From an uncultured Chloroflexia bacterium (GTDB lineage: Bacteria > Chloroflexota > Limnocylindria > Limnocylindrales > CSP1-4), in NCBI GenBank assembly GCA_963813335.1, contig CAWEYL010000003.1:416001-480000 (forward strand): a DNA stretch of 64,000 nucleotides. The letters are read 5' to 3'. The position numbers and the translations under genes are program-made. Below, one piece after another: positions 9,513 to 20,084 of this stretch (within the stretch, counting starts at the first letter, position 1; each line of letters opens with the position of its first letter). Under the pieces are notes generated by a model. It saw only the letters and a list, made by a program, of their open reading frames with translations, was not told the DNA's origin and made no database searches.

Positions 9513-10435
9513 CGGGCGCGCCCGGGGGCGGCCGCCTGCCGCCGTGCGCGCTCGAGCGCGGGCGCGTAGTCGGCCATCGCGTCGGGCCACGGCCGGAGGG
9601 GCTCCCCGGACGGGAGCGGGGTCGCGGCGAGGACGCCCCAGCGCGGCGGGACCGAGGCACGCTCCCAGGTCGCGCCGGGGACGTGCTCGACCCGGACCGC
9701 CAGGCCGAACCGCCCGACGATGTCTTCGGCCCATAGCGCCCGGGTCGCGGTCAGGCCGTTCACGACGTGGTGGACGCCCGCGTGCGCGTCCTCGGCCAGC
9801 AGTTCCACGATGGCGTCGGCGACGTCGAGCGTGTACGTCGGGGTGCCCCATTCGTCGGCCACGACACGGAGCGGCTCCCCGGCCGCCGCCGCCCGGTCCG
9901 CCGCGGCGAGGATCTTGCGCGGGAAGTCGGGCTCGCCGGGGCCGAACAGCCAGGCCGTCCGCACGATGCCCAGCCGGCCCCCGCCCGCCGCGTCGGCATA
10001 GGCCGCGCCGGCCGCCCGCTCGCCGGCCAGCTTCGAGACGCCGTACGGGTTGCCGGGCGACGGCTCGTCCGCCGGTCCGTAGCCGAGGCCGTCGGTCCGC
10101 GCCCCGTCGAAGACCTCGTTGGTCGAGACCACCACGAGGTCGATCCCGCGCGCGGCGCACGCCCGGGCGAGCACGCCGGTCGCGGTCCCGTTGCGGGCGA
10201 GCGCGCGGTCCGGGTCGCGGGCGCAGCCGTCCACGTCGGTCCAGGCGGCGGCGTGGACGACGACCTCGGGCCGGTCGCGGTCGAGGGCCGCGGCCACGCC
10301 CTCGGGGGCGTCGAGGTCCAGCTCGCGGCGTCCCCATGCGAGCGGTCCGCCGGGGCCTGGGAACGGGGCGTCGGCGAGCGCGCCGACGAGCGCCGACCCG
10401 AGCCGCCCGGTCGCGCCGGTGACGGCGATCCGCAT
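9509..10435 (-). CDS. rmlD: dTDP-4-dehydrorhamnose reductase
   Basis: MRIAVTGATGRLG, HAAAWTDVDGC, STNEVFDG, YGVSKLAGE, RTAWLFG, DEWGTPTY. Confidence 0.92.
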   Translation of the reverse strand: MRIAVTGATGRLGSALVGALADAPFPGPGGPLAWGRRELDLDAPEGVAAALDRDRPEVVVHAAAWTDVDGCARDPDRALARNGTATGVLARACAARGIDLVVVSTNEVFDGARTDGLGYGPADEPSPGNPYGVSKLAGERAAGAAYADAAGGGRLGIVRTAWLFGPGEPDFPRKILAAADRAAAAGEPLRVVADEWGTPTYTLDVADAIVELLAEDAHAGVHHVVNGLTATRALWAEDIVGRFGLAVRVEHVPGATWERASVPPRWGVLAATPLPSGEPLRPWPDAMADYAPALERARRQAAAPGRAR

Positions 10436-11479
10436 CAGCCGGCCGAGCGGAGGCGCGCCCCGTACTGGCGCTCGTAGTACGCGTCCCAGTCGTCCGAGCG
10501 GGCCGCCCGCCACCACGCCTCGTTGGCGACGTACCAGTCGACCGTGGCCGCGAGGCCGGCCTGCGAACGGGACCCGCGGCGACCAGCCGAGCGCCGCGAT
10601 CCTCGTCCCGTCCATCGCGTAGCGCCGGTCGTGACCGGGTCGGTCCTCGACGTGGCGCACCAGCGACCACGGCTTGCCGAGGTGCTCCAGCAGCAGCCGG
10701 ACGATCTCGCGGTTCTCCATCTCTGACCCGCCCGGGACGTTGTAGGTCTCGCCGCTCGCCCCGTGGCGCAGCACGGTGTCGATCGCCGCGGCGTGGTCGG
10801 ACACGTGCAGCCAGTCGCGCCGCTGCCGGCCATCGCCGTACAGCGGCAGCGGCCGGTCGTCGATGGCGTTCGTCACGAACAGCGGGATGAGCTTCTCGGG
10901 GTGGTGGTACGGGCCGTAGGTGTTCGCCCCGCGGGTCACGACCGCGTCGACCCCGTGGGTCACGACGTAGCTGCGCACCAGCAGCTCCCCGGCGGCCTTC
11001 GCGGCGGCGTATGGCGAGCGCGGCGCGAGCGCATCGGTCTCGACCGACGCGCCGGTCGCCACCGAGCCGTAGACCTCGTCGGTGGAGACCTGGACGAAGC
11101 GCGGCTTGCTCGCGGCCGTGCGGCACGCCTCCAGGAGCACGTGGACGCCGATGACCCCGGTCCGCAGGAACGCCTCGGGGTCCAGGATCGAGCGGTCGAC
11201 GTGCGACTCCGCGGCGACGTTCACGACGGCATCCGCCTCGGCGACCAGCGGCCCGACGACCGTCGCGTCGGCGATGTCGCCGCGGACGAACCGCAGCCGC
11301 GCGGCCAGCTCCGGGTCGTCGCGGACCGGGGCGAGGTTGGCCTCGTTGCCGGCGTACGTCAGCTTGTCGAGGACCGTGATCTCGGTCCCGTCCCGGCGGC
11401 CCAGGACGTCGCGGACGTAGCACGAGCCGATGAACCCGGCGCCGCCGGTGACCAGCAGGCGACGGTAGCGGTCCGTCAC
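10435..11479 (-). CDS. rmlB: dTDP-glucose 4,6-dehydratase; frameshift near 10562
   Basis: LVTGGAGFIGS, DKLTYAGN, AAESHVDRSI, VSTDEVYGS, SPYAAAKA, EDRPGHDRRY; the C-terminus GLAATVDWY...YYERQYG lies in the adjacent frame. Confidence 0.93.
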
Positions 11480-12237
11480 GACGACGGCCGCTCCACCGGC
11501 GCCGCCAGCCGGCCGGCCGCGTCGTCGTCGCGCGCCAGCTCGGAGGCGCGCAGCAGCGACGGGACGGTCCCGGCGTCGGTCCAATGACCCTCGTAGACCG
11601 GGGCGTAGAGCCGGCCGTCGGGGATGTAGTGGTTGAGGACGTCGGTGATCTCGAGCTCGCCGCGGCCGGACGGCGACAGCCCGTCGATGACGTCGAACGC
11701 GTCCGGGCGGAGGAAGTAGACGCCGATCGGGATGAGGTCGCTCTTGGGCGCCTCGGGCTTCTCCTCGAAGCCGACCACCCGGCCGTCGGCGTCCAGCTCG
11801 GCGACGCCGAACCGCGCGGGGTCGGGGACCTGGTAGAGGAGCGTGCCGGCGCCGTACGGGCCGGATTCGAAGGCCGCCGCCACGGGTGCGAGGGCCGGAC
11901 CGCGCAGGATGTTGTCGCCGAGGATGCAGCAGAAGGCGTCGTCGCCCACGAAGTCGCGGGCGAGCCCGATGGCATGGGCGATGCCCAGCGCGCCCAGCTG
12001 GTAGCGGTAGGTCAGGTCGAGCCCGAAGTGGGCGCCGTCGGCGAGGAGCTCCACGACGTCGCCGACGCTCTTGCCGCCGACGATGACCATGACCTCGCGG
12101 ATGCCCATCCCGGCGAGCGTCTCGATGGGGTAGTAGATCATCGGCCGGTCGTAGATCGGCAGGAGGTGCTTGTTGGTGACGATCGTCAGCGGATAGAGCC
12201 GCGTCGCCGTCCCGCCGGCGAGGACGATGCCCTTCAT
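11476..12237 (-). CDS. rmlA: Glucose-1-phosphate thymidylyltransferase (short form)
   Basis: MKGIVLAGGTATRLYPLT, KHLLPIYDRPMIYYP, ILGDNI, FEEKP, SGRGELEITD, WTDAGT. Confidence 0.93.
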   Translation of the reverse strand: MKGIVLAGGTATRLYPLTIVTNKHLLPIYDRPMIYYPIETLAGMGIREVMVIVGGKSVGDVVELLADGAHFGLDLTYRYQLGALGIAHAIGLARDFVGDDAFCCILGDNILRGPALAPVAAAFESGPYGAGTLLYQVPDPARFGVAELDADGRVVGFEEKPEAPKSDLIPIGVYFLRPDAFDVIDGLSPSGRGELEITDVLNHYIPDGRLYAPVYEGHWTDAGTVPSLLRASELARDDDAAGRLAAPVERPSS

Positions 12238-12275
12238 CGGTCGGCCTTCATCCCGCCCAGCCTACCAGCCAGGGA

Positions 12276-13238
12276 TCAGGGTTTCGGGGTCGATCGGGCG
12301 TGCGCTGACGGGGTGGGCGTGAAGCACGGCTGCTCGCCCGGCGGCAGGACGGTACCGCTGCAGTCGACCGGCTGCTGGCCGATCGGCGGCAGGCCGCCGT
12401 CGTAGTCGAGCACCACGAGCACGTACTCGAGCTTGTCGAGGTCGGCGGTCGGCCGCAGGAAGGCGGTCTGCACGACGTCGTTGGCGTCGAGCCGTACGTC
12501 GACCACCTGGCCGATCAGCAGGCCCTTGGGATACGGCGAGCGGATGCCGCCGGCGAGCTCGATGCCGGCCGTCACGACCTCGTCGCCGAGCGAGATCTTC
12601 TCGCCCGAGTCGATCTGGCTCATGACCATGACGCCGCCGAGCTGGCCGACGACCTCGCCGGTGGCCGCGCTCGAGACGAGCTGGCCGATGACCGTGGAGT
12701 CGGCGTCGGTGAGGAGCGTGACCGTGGCGCTGTCGGGCCCGACATCGGTCACCCGACCGGCGAGCGCGCCGCCCGAGGTCACCACCGCGTCGCCGAGCGC
12801 GATGCCCGCGTTGGTCCCCTTGTCGATCGTCACGACCCGCCGCAATTCGAGCGAATCGCGGCCGATGACGGCCGCCGCGGTGGTCTTGTGGTCGAAGCCG
12901 GCCTGCAGCTGGAGGAGGCCGGTCAGCAAGTCGTTCTCGCGGCGGATCTCGTCGACCTGGGTGTTCTCGGCCGTGAGCCGCTCGTTCTGGTCGCGCAGCT
13001 GGGCGTTGTCGGTGCGCAGCCGGTCGATCTCGGTGACCGCGGTCGCGACCGACGCGATCCCGCCGGCGACGCTGTCGAGCGCGCCCTGGATCGGGCGGAA
13101 GGCGTAGCCGATGCCGCTCTGGAGGTCGCGCACGCCGGGGTTCGAGGAGAAGGCCATCATCAGGACCGTCACGACCAGCAGGACCGTGAAGACGATGCCG
13201 CGCCGGCGCGCTGCCCGATTGGCGAAGGCCGAGCTCAT
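12276..13238 (-). CDS. mreC: Rod shape-determining protein MreC
   Basis: N-terminal TM helix, coiled coil, AAVIGRD, TIDKGTNAGI, GRVTDV, YPKGLLIGQV; directly downstream of mreB. Confidence 0.92.
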   Translation of the reverse strand: MSSAFANRAARRRGIVFTVLLVVTVLMMAFSSNPGVRDLQSGIGYAFRPIQGALDSVAGGIASVATAVTEIDRLRTDNAQLRDQNERLTAENTQVDEIRRENDLLTGLLQLQAGFDHKTTAAAVIGRDSLELRRVVTIDKGTNAGIALGDAVVTSGGALAGRVTDVGPDSATVTLLTDADSTVIGQLVSSAATGEVVGQLGGVMVMSQIDSGEKISLGDEVVTAGIELAGGIRSPYPKGLLIGQVVDVRLDANDVVQTAFLRPTADLDKLEYVLVVLDYDGGLPPIGQQPVDCSGTVLPPGEQPCFTPTPSAHARSTPKP

Positions 13239-13263
13239 CGCTGGATCCCCTGCATGGCGTCGC

Positions 13264-14316
13264 TCAGCGCGGCGGCCGCGAGTAGGTCTCGGCGACCAGC
13301 ACGCGGTCCATCCCGTCGAGCTCCTCGAGCACGATCCCGGTCCCGCGGGCCACGCAGGTCAGCGGGTCGTCGGCGACGTGGACCGGCATCTGGGTCGCCT
13401 CCGCCACGCGCCGGTCGAGGCCGGCCAGGAGCGCGCCGCCGCCGGCCAGCACGATGCCCTGGTCCATGATGTCGGCGACGAGCTCCGGCGGGGTCTCCTC
13501 GATGGTGTCCTTGACGGTGTCGACGATCTGCGCGACCGACGGCTCGATGGCCTCGCGGATCTGGTCCGCGCCGACCTCGACGCTGCGCGGCAGCCCGGTC
13601 AGCAGGTCGCGGCCGCGGAGGGTGACCCGCTGGGCGTCCCATTCGCCCGGGTAGGCCGAGGCGATCGCGATCTTGATGTCCTCGGCCGTGCGCTCGCCCA
13701 GGAACAGGTTGTACTCGCGGCGGGCGAACGTGACGATGTCCTGGTCCATCTCGTCGCCGCCGATGCGGATCGAGCGCGAGACGACGATCCCGCCGAGGCT
13801 GAGGACGGCGACCTCGGTGGTGCCGCCGCCGATGTCGACGATGAGGCTGCCCGACGGCTCGCTGACCGGGAGGCCGGCGCCGATGGCGGCGGCCATCGGC
13901 TCCTCGATCAGGCGGGCCCAGCGGGCGCCGGCGTTGAGGGCGGCATCGCGGACGGCGCGCTTCTCGACCTCGGTCACGCCCGACGGGATGCCGAGCAGCA
14001 TCCGCGGCCGCGGGATGAGCCCGACGCGGTCGTGGACCCGGTTCACGAAGTACTTGATCATCTGCTCGGTGACGTCGAAGTCGCTGATGACGCCGTCGCG
14101 CAGGGGCCGGATGGCGATGATGTTCGCCGGCGTCCGGCCGACCATCCGCTTCGCCTCGGCGCCGATGGCGAGCACCCGCCGGGTCTTGGCGTCGATGGCG
14201 ACGACGGACGGCTCGCTCATGACGATGCCGCGGTTGCGGACATGGACCAGGGTGTTGGCGGTCCCGAGGTCGATGCCGATGTCGCGGGAGAAGAGGCCGA
14301 GGATCCGGTCGAGCAT
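13264..14316 (-). CDS. mreB: Rod shape-determining protein MreB
   Basis: DIGIDLGTANT, EPSVVA, RPLRDGVISDF, IEEPMAAAIGAG, VDIGGGTTEVAV, GIVLAGGGALL. Confidence 0.97.
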   Translation of the reverse strand: MLDRILGLFSRDIGIDLGTANTLVHVRNRGIVMSEPSVVAIDAKTRRVLAIGAEAKRMVGRTPANIIAIRPLRDGVISDFDVTEQMIKYFVNRVHDRVGLIPRPRMLLGIPSGVTEVEKRAVRDAALNAGARWARLIEEPMAAAIGAGLPVSEPSGSLIVDIGGGTTEVAVLSLGGIVVSRSIRIGGDEMDQDIVTFARREYNLFLGERTAEDIKIAIASAYPGEWDAQRVTLRGRDLLTGLPRSVEVGADQIREAIEPSVAQIVDTVKDTIEETPPELVADIMDQGIVLAGGGALLAGLDRRVAEATQMPVHVADDPLTCVARGTGIVLEELDGMDRVLVAETYSRPPR

Positions 14317-14478
14317 GGTCGGGGAAGCGTCCTTGGAACAACGATCGTCAGGTCGCCGCGTGGGCACCGCGGATGCGTGCCGGGTCGCGCGGGATCACGC
14401 ACGGATGGGGAGAGCCCGGGCAGTATACCCGGTCACTCCGGGAATCCCCGACGAGCCCCTCGTGGACCCGTCCCGCGC

Positions 14479-15039
14479 CTAGGCGAGGAACGGGATCTTG
14501 ATGTCCTTCGGGATGAGCGGACCGAGGATCGTCAACATGATCGGGACGGTCGTCGCCCGGAGCGCGTCGGCGATCCACGAGTTCGCGAGGCCGTCGTGAT
14601 AGAACTTGAGGAAGAAGATGCCCTCGGCGGTCTTGCCGAGGAGGTTCGGCTGGCCGTAGAAGGTGTCCAGGATCGCGATCGCCGACGAGGCGATGAGGAT
14701 CGCGACCAGGCCGCCGAGGATCGCGCCGATCACCGAGTCCGCCATCTGCGAGACGCCGACGAGCACGGTCTTGCCGTACAGCCGCCCGACGACGATGTTG
14801 CCGATGATGAAGACCGCGGTGAACGCGATCGCGTAGCCGACCATCTCGGCGTAGCCCTTGGGGAGTGTCGTCCAGATGCGCTCGACGATCGCCCCGACGG
14901 GCCCGCGCAGGTACGCGCCGGCGACGAATGCCACCAGCAGCATGATCAGTCCGATGACCTGGCGGACCAGCCCGCTCCGCCAGCCGACGAACACGCCGCC
15001 GACGATGAAGGTGCCGAGGATGAGGTCCATCGTGTCCAC
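14479..15039 (-). CDS. cvpA: CvpA family membrane protein
   Basis: MDLIL...GWRSGLVRQVIGL, four hydrophobic segments, DSVIGAILG. Confidence 0.8.
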   Translation of the reverse strand: MDTMDLILGTFIVGGVFVGWRSGLVRQVIGLIMLLVAFVAGAYLRGPVGAIVERIWTTLPKGYAEMVGYAIAFTAVFIIGNIVVGRLYGKTVLVGVSQMADSVIGAILGGLVAILIASSAIAILDTFYGQPNLLGKTAEGIFFLKFYHDGLANSWIADALRATTVPIMLTILGPLIPKDIKIPFLA

Positions 15040-15104
15040 GGTGCCGCGTCCCTCCGGTTCGTGACGGTCAGGCCCCGAACGATACGAGGGCCGCGCCCGT
15101 CCGT

Positions 15105-15848
15105 TCAGCCGGCCGCGCGACCCGTGGTGCCCACCCGGTCGAACGCGATCCCGCGGTCGCGCATGGAGATGTACGCGTCGTGCCCGATCACGAGGTGGTC
15201 GAGGAGCTGGATGTCCAGCATCCGGCCGGCGGCGAGCGCCTCGGCGGTCAGGTGCAGGTCGTCCGGCGAGGGAGTCGGGTCGCCGGAGGGGTGGTTGTGG
15301 ACGAGGATGATCCCGGCCGCGTTGAGCCGCACCGCGTCGCGATACAGCTCGCCGACGCGGACCAGCGACGAGCTCACGTTCCCTTGGTACACCGTGGCGA
15401 CCCGCAGCACGTGGTTCTTGGTGTCGAGGATCACGACGCGCAGCTCCTCGCGCTCGAGCCGGCCCATCTGGAGGATCAGCCGGTCGGCGACGTCACGCGG
15501 CCCGCGGATCGACCAGCGGCCCGACGGCCAGTCCGCCAGCAGGCGGCGGCCGAGCTCGAATGCGGCGACCAGCTGGGCCGCCCGTGCGGTCCCGACCCCT
15601 GCCAGCCCGGCCAGCTCCAGGTCCGTGGCCCGCGCAAGTCCCGTGAGCCCGTCGTGCGCGGCGAGCGCGTCCTCGGCCAGGTCGACGGCCGATCGGCCGC
15701 GCGATCCGGAGCCCCAGATGAGGGCGATCAACTCGGCGGCCGTGAGCCCGCCCGCGCCGCGCAGCGCCAGCCGCTCCCGCGGCCGCTCGGCGATCGGGAC
15801 CTCCCGGATGGCCCGTCCGCGGGGAAGCGCCACCTGATCCTCGGCCAC
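15105..15848 (-). CDS. radC: RadC (JAB/MPN domain) family protein
   Basis: ERPRERL, LTAAELIAL, GVGTARAAQL (HhH), EELRVVILD, HNHPSGDPTPSPDD, LLDHLVIG; GTG at 15848 with a GGAGGT RBS. Confidence 0.93.
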   Translation of the reverse strand: MAEDQVALPRGRAIREVPIAERPRERLALRGAGGLTAAELIALIWGSGSRGRSAVDLAEDALAAHDGLTGLARATDLELAGLAGVGTARAAQLVAAFELGRRLLADWPSGRWSIRGPRDVADRLILQMGRLEREELRVVILDTKNHVLRVATVYQGNVSSSLVRVGELYRDAVRLNAAGIILVHNHPSGDPTPSPDDLHLTAEALAAGRMLDIQLLDHLVIGHDAYISMRDRGIAFDRVGTTGRAAG

Positions 15849-15954
15849 CCGTGAGCACCTCCGCAGCGACGACAGGGCGGTCGAGGCGTCCCCGGGCCCG
15901 GACGACGGGAGCCCGCCGATTCCCCCCGCCATCCGGACCTCGAGGACAGGGTCC

Positions 15955-16011
15955 AGCCTATCGGCGGGCACTCACCGGGCTCTCACCGGCGCCTTTGCCG
16001 GCGCTCACCGG
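15955..16011 (-). promoter_or_regulatory. Putative radC promoter: -10 TAGGCT preceded by 11-bp-phased CCGGTGAG direct repeats
   Basis: Plus-strand CTCACCGG at 15971, 15982 and 16004; AGCCTA at 15955-15960. Confidence 0.55.
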
Positions 16012-16042
16012 CGACCGGGGTGCCGGCGTGCCGCGGCGCGGC

Positions 16043-17134
16043 TCAGGCGACGGAGCGCGTCGCGACCTCGGCGAGGATCAGCAGGATGGCGTTGAACCCG
16101 GCGTGCAGCCCGAACGACGACCAGATCGAGCCGCGGCGCACGAACAACCAGCCGAGGGCGAGCGCGACCGGCAGCCGGGTGGCGAACCCGATCACGGCCA
16201 GTCCCGCCGTCTCGCCGAGGGTGTTCCCGGCGACCCCGATGACGTGGGCCAGCGCGAAGACCAGCGCCGCCCGGACGATCCCGCGGCGGACGCCGAGGGA
16301 GCGGACCCACGCCGTCGTCGCCAGCCCGCGGAACAGCATCTCCTCCCCGAACGGCGCGATGATCGCCCCGGCCAGGAGCTGGAGGGCGAACCCGGTGTTC
16401 TCGCCGGCCGGCGGCAACGGGCTATCCGGTGTCACGCCCAGCAGGGTGATGAGGATCGCCGAGATCGGCACCGTCACCACGATCACCGGCAGGGCCCACA
16501 ACGCTCCCCCGCCCATCTCCGTGAAGGCGCGGGCGTCCAGGCGGCGAAGCCCCATCTCGGCCCACGTGAGCGCGCCGGCGTCGACCACGAGCAGGCGGAT
16601 CAGCCCGAGGTAGACGAGCGCGAGGACGAGCACGGAGAGGAACTGCCCGGTCGGGCCCTGGACGTCGATGCCGACCAGGGTCGCCAGCTCGCCGATCAGC
16701 GCTCCGGCGAGGAACGAGATCGGGATCGCCGCGGCGAAGACGAGGATCGGCGACGGGCCCAGGTACGGCATGCGGCCGGCGGCCCGGCGCTCGATGCCCT
16801 GCGAGCCCGCGGCGCAGATCAGCCCGATGGCGAGGATCGTGAACCCGGCGAACAGCATCACGAGCGTCGCCGCCCCGCCGCCCGAGAGGATGCCGATGAC
16901 GATCAGGGCAAGGCCGGAGAGGCTCCCGAGCCAGCCGACGACGAACAGGGCGGGCGCGGCGCGCCCCTCGATCGTGAACGTCGAGGCACCGGGCCGGGAC
17001 GGGCCGTCGGGCGAGGCGGGCGGGGCGCCAGGCGGGGCGGCGTCCGGAGCAGACGGGACGAGCGGCTCCGCGAGGACCAGGTCGTCCGGGTCCGGGCGTA
17101 TCGGACGTTCCGGATCCGGGCCTGGTGGGATCAA
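16043..17134 (-). CDS. CPBP (CAAX/Abi) family intramembrane glutamic endopeptidase
   Basis: Multi-TM protein with APFGEEMLFRG, FALAH and HAGFN motifs. Confidence 0.9.
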   Translation of the reverse strand: MIPPGPDPERPIRPDPDDLVLAEPLVPSAPDAAPPGAPPASPDGPSRPGASTFTIEGRAAPALFVVGWLGSLSGLALIVIGILSGGGAATLVMLFAGFTILAIGLICAAGSQGIERRAAGRMPYLGPSPILVFAAAIPISFLAGALIGELATLVGIDVQGPTGQFLSVLVLALVYLGLIRLLVVDAGALTWAEMGLRRLDARAFTEMGGGALWALPVIVVTVPISAILITLLGVTPDSPLPPAGENTGFALQLLAGAIIAPFGEEMLFRGLATTAWVRSLGVRRGIVRAALVFALAHVIGVAGNTLGETAGLAVIGFATRLPVALALGWLFVRRGSIWSSFGLHAGFNAILLILAEVATRSVA

Positions 17135-17790
17135 CGCTCGGGGATCGGATCCTGGGCGGGAGCCGTCCGCGCGCCGGCGCTCTTGCCGGTCAGCGATGGA
17201 CGGGTCGACGGGCGGACCTGCGCGGCGGCGGATGTCGTGCTGGCCGGGACGCGGGCCGTCGCGTCACGCCGGCTGGTGGTGGGCTCCAGGACGGCCGCGG
17301 CGGCTACCTCGCGGCGCTCGAAGTCCTTCCCGCACCAGGCGCACAGCGACCAGTCCATCCCCACGAGGCGGCTGCAGTTGGGGCAGACCCGGTTGAGCCG
17401 CGTCCGGCAGCTCGGGCAGATGATCCACTCGTCGTTGATCGTCCGGTCGCAGCCGGGACAGTGGTGGATCGACTCGACCTCGGCGAGGAGCGCCTCCTCG
17501 GCCAGGTTCCGCTCCCAGACCTCGCCGATCTTCTCGTGCGGCCGGATGATCTTGTAGACCCAGACCGCGAAGATGAAGAAGATCGGGGTGAAGACGATGA
17601 TCCCGGCAGCCGCGAGGTACGGCAGGATGACGTTGGCCGAGCGCTGCTGCATGTCGCGGAACGCCCAGTAGGCCGTCGCCAGCCAGATGATGACGAGGTA
17701 CACGCCGATGAGGCGGAGGCCGACCTGGACGACGGGGCTGCCGAAGATGCCGCCGATCGTCGAGCCGATCTGGGCGAGGATGTCTTCCAT
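17131..17790 (-). CDS. Membrane protein with a double zinc ribbon
   Basis: Two TM helices followed by CPGC...CPSC...CPNC...CAWC. Confidence 0.85.
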   Translation of the reverse strand: MEDILAQIGSTIGGIFGSPVVQVGLRLIGVYLVIIWLATAYWAFRDMQQRSANVILPYLAAAGIIVFTPIFFIFAVWVYKIIRPHEKIGEVWERNLAEEALLAEVESIHHCPGCDRTINDEWIICPSCRTRLNRVCPNCSRLVGMDWSLCAWCGKDFERREVAAAAVLEPTTSRRDATARVPASTTSAAAQVRPSTRPSLTGKSAGARTAPAQDPIPER

Positions 17791-17913
17791 GCCTCTGGAC
17801 GAGTGCCTCCGTGCGCGCCTGACGCTCGAACCTGACGGTGGGGACCGGCCGTCGAGGACGTCCGGCGCAGTGTAGCAGGGGTCGCTGCGGCCCTCGGATG
17901 GGCCCGACCTCGC

Positions 17914-19067
17914 TCAGACGGGCGGTTCGGCGCGCACGTGACGGGCCCGCCACGCGGCCAGCACACCGGTGGCGATGAGGACGAAGCTGCCGACCGCCAC
18001 CGCCAGGACCCCGATCCCGGCACCCAGCGGGCCGAACAGGTACGGCCACGTCAGGCCGAGCGAGAAGACGCCGAGGGCGAACCCGGCCAGCCCCGTCCGG
18101 ACCCACGGTGGTGCCGGCTTGCGGACGACCGAGAGAGCCACGACCGCCACCGCCCAGAGGAACACGAGCAGGTGCGCCGGGCCGGCCAGTCCCCACGTGT
18201 CGAAGTAGCCGACGCCGCTGGCGCCGAGGACGGTTCGCGACCACGGGAGGAGCATGCCGATCGCGATCAGGCCGGCGCCGGCGACCGTGGCCCAGTCCAG
18301 CCCGGGGTCGAGCCAGGCGAGCTCGTCCGGCGACGTCGCGGGCGCCGGCGCGCCGGCCGGCGTGGACGTGGTCGAGGCCACCGGGGCGGCTCCCGCGGGA
18401 GCCGCCGCACCCGCGGCCGGCGCGGCCAGGGGGATGACCGCCGGGGGCGCCGAGAACTGCGGCGGGAGCGGTCGCGGCTCGGTGGTGGATGACACCTCCG
18501 ACGGTGTCGGTTCGACCTCGGGCGGGGGTGCCGCCTCGGGCGGGGGCGCCTCGACGGGCGGGGCCTCGGGCGGCGCCGCCTCGGCGATGGCCGGTGCTGA
18601 CGCGCCCGCCGTCGCGGCGAGGAGGCTCGGCGATGGGGCGAGGGGCGCGGTGCGGCGGCGGGCGCCTTGGTCGCCTGCGTGCGTCCCTTGCCGAGCGCCG
18701 TGCGCGGCGGTGGCAGCGCCCCGGCCCCGACGCGAGTCGGGGCAGCCGGTGCCGGGGGCGGCGCCGGCGGGGTCGCGCCGGGTGGCACGTAGGCGCCCGC
18801 GACCGCGGCCGAGGCCGACTTGCGGGCCGCCCGCAACCTGGCAGGCTCAGCCGGAGGCGCCTCGACGACCGGGTCGGGTCCGGGATCCGCGGCGATCTCG
18901 CCGGCGGTGGAGGGCGTCGCGACCGGAGCGGGTGCGTCGGCTGCGGTGAGGGTCGGGCGGACGCCGCCCGCGACGGAGGCGAGGAGCGTGCCGCACGCCG
19001 GGCACGAGAGGCGCCCGTAGGGCACGACCTCGCTGCAACCCGGGCAGACGATCGCACGTTCGGTCAT
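17914..19067 (-). CDS. Zinc-ribbon protein with a Pro/Ala-rich linker and a C-terminal 4-TM domain; frameshift(s) around 18610-18650
   Basis: ORF 18267..19067 begins MTERAIVCPGC...CPAC (GAGGTG RBS); ORF 17914..18495 encodes an LLPW-containing 4-TM domain; a low-complexity linker joins them. Confidence 0.6.
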
Positions 19068-19104
19068 CGCTCACCTCGACAGCCGCCTCGCGCGCTGGGC
19101 GGAC

Positions 19105-20082
19105 CTATAGCGTGCCAGACGTCAGGTGCGCGTTCCAGCCCCCATTCGGGTCAGTCGCGCCGGCGCCAGATGCCGACCCCGAGCGCCGCGCATCCACGGT
19201 CCACGCCGCATGCCGCCAGGCGCAGGCCACGCCGGCCAGCACGAGACCGCCGATCCACAACGCCACGAACGCGATGACCGACGCGACGATCAGCAGCGGG
19301 TCGCCGGTCGAGAATCCGACCTCGACGGCGTGCCAGGCGGCGGCCGCGGCCGCGACGGACGGGACGAGCACGAGCAGCAGGCCGATCGACGGGACGGCGA
19401 ACACGACGACGGTCCGGACCGGATGCCGGAGGATGCCGGCGATCGAGCCTCGCAGTGCCCCGCCGGCCGACCGACCGTCGAGCACCGCCCGACGGGCGGC
19501 GACGCCGCCGACGATCTCGCCGAGCAGCCAGGTGACGAGCACGACGACCACGGTGCCCGGCACGGAACGGAGGACCCGCCAGGCGATCGGCGTGGCCGCG
19601 TCACCGGGGAGCGTCAGCTCGCGGTACGTGGCCGCGACGATCGCGTTGGTGCCAACGGCCAGCGCCGCGGCGAACGGCAGCATCGCGACGAGACGCGCCG
19701 CGAGGATCCGCGCCGCCACGCGGCCGTCGGTGACGCCGGTCGGGAGCGGCACCCCGCTGGCGACCTCCTCGTCGGTGGCCACGACCCGGATCAGCTCGGC
19801 CTCGGCGGCCGCGGCCAGCAGGCCGCCGCCGATGAGCCAGACGAGGAACGCGACCGCGACACCGGCGACGACCGCCACGAGTGCCGTCGACACCCCGCCG
19901 AAGACGAACGAGATCAGCAACGGCCCGACGAGGTCGGCCAGGCCGGCCGGCGTCGGGATCACCACGATCGGGACCAGGAAGACCAGCAGCCCGCCGCGGA
20001 CCAGGAAGGCCGCGAGGGCGAGGAGCCAGGTCGACGGACGAGCCAGGGTCACCAGCAGCGAGCCGGCGAGCGTGGCCCGCAT
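19105..20082 (-). CDS. Hypothetical polytopic membrane protein
   Basis: 325 aa with about 6 hydrophobic helices; follows the UPF0182 gene after a 2-nt gap. Confidence 0.75.
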   Translation of the reverse strand: MRATLAGSLLVTLARPSTWLLALAAFLVRGGLLVFLVPIVVIPTPAGLADLVGPLLISFVFGGVSTALVAVVAGVAVAFLVWLIGGGLLAAAAEAELIRVVATDEEVASGVPLPTGVTDGRVAARILAARLVAMLPFAAALAVGTNAIVAATYRELTLPGDAATPIAWRVLRSVPGTVVVVLVTWLLGEIVGGVAARRAVLDGRSAGGALRGSIAGILRHPVRTVVVFAVPSIGLLLVLVPSVAAAAAAWHAVEVGFSTGDPLLIVASVIAFVALWIGGLVLAGVACAWRHAAWTVDARRSGSASGAGATDPNGGWNAHLTSGTL

Positions 20083-20084
20083 CG

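Noticed and set aside
9509-11584. Apparent RmlB-RmlD fusion (691-aa ORF)
   Set aside because: Caused by an indel near 10562; the true RmlB C-terminus and stop lie in the adjacent frame, overlapping the rmlD ATG.
15105-15848. radC as a marker of a mobile element
   Set aside because: It is the full-length HhH+JAB form near mreBC, the usual chromosomal context; no integrase or att sites were seen.
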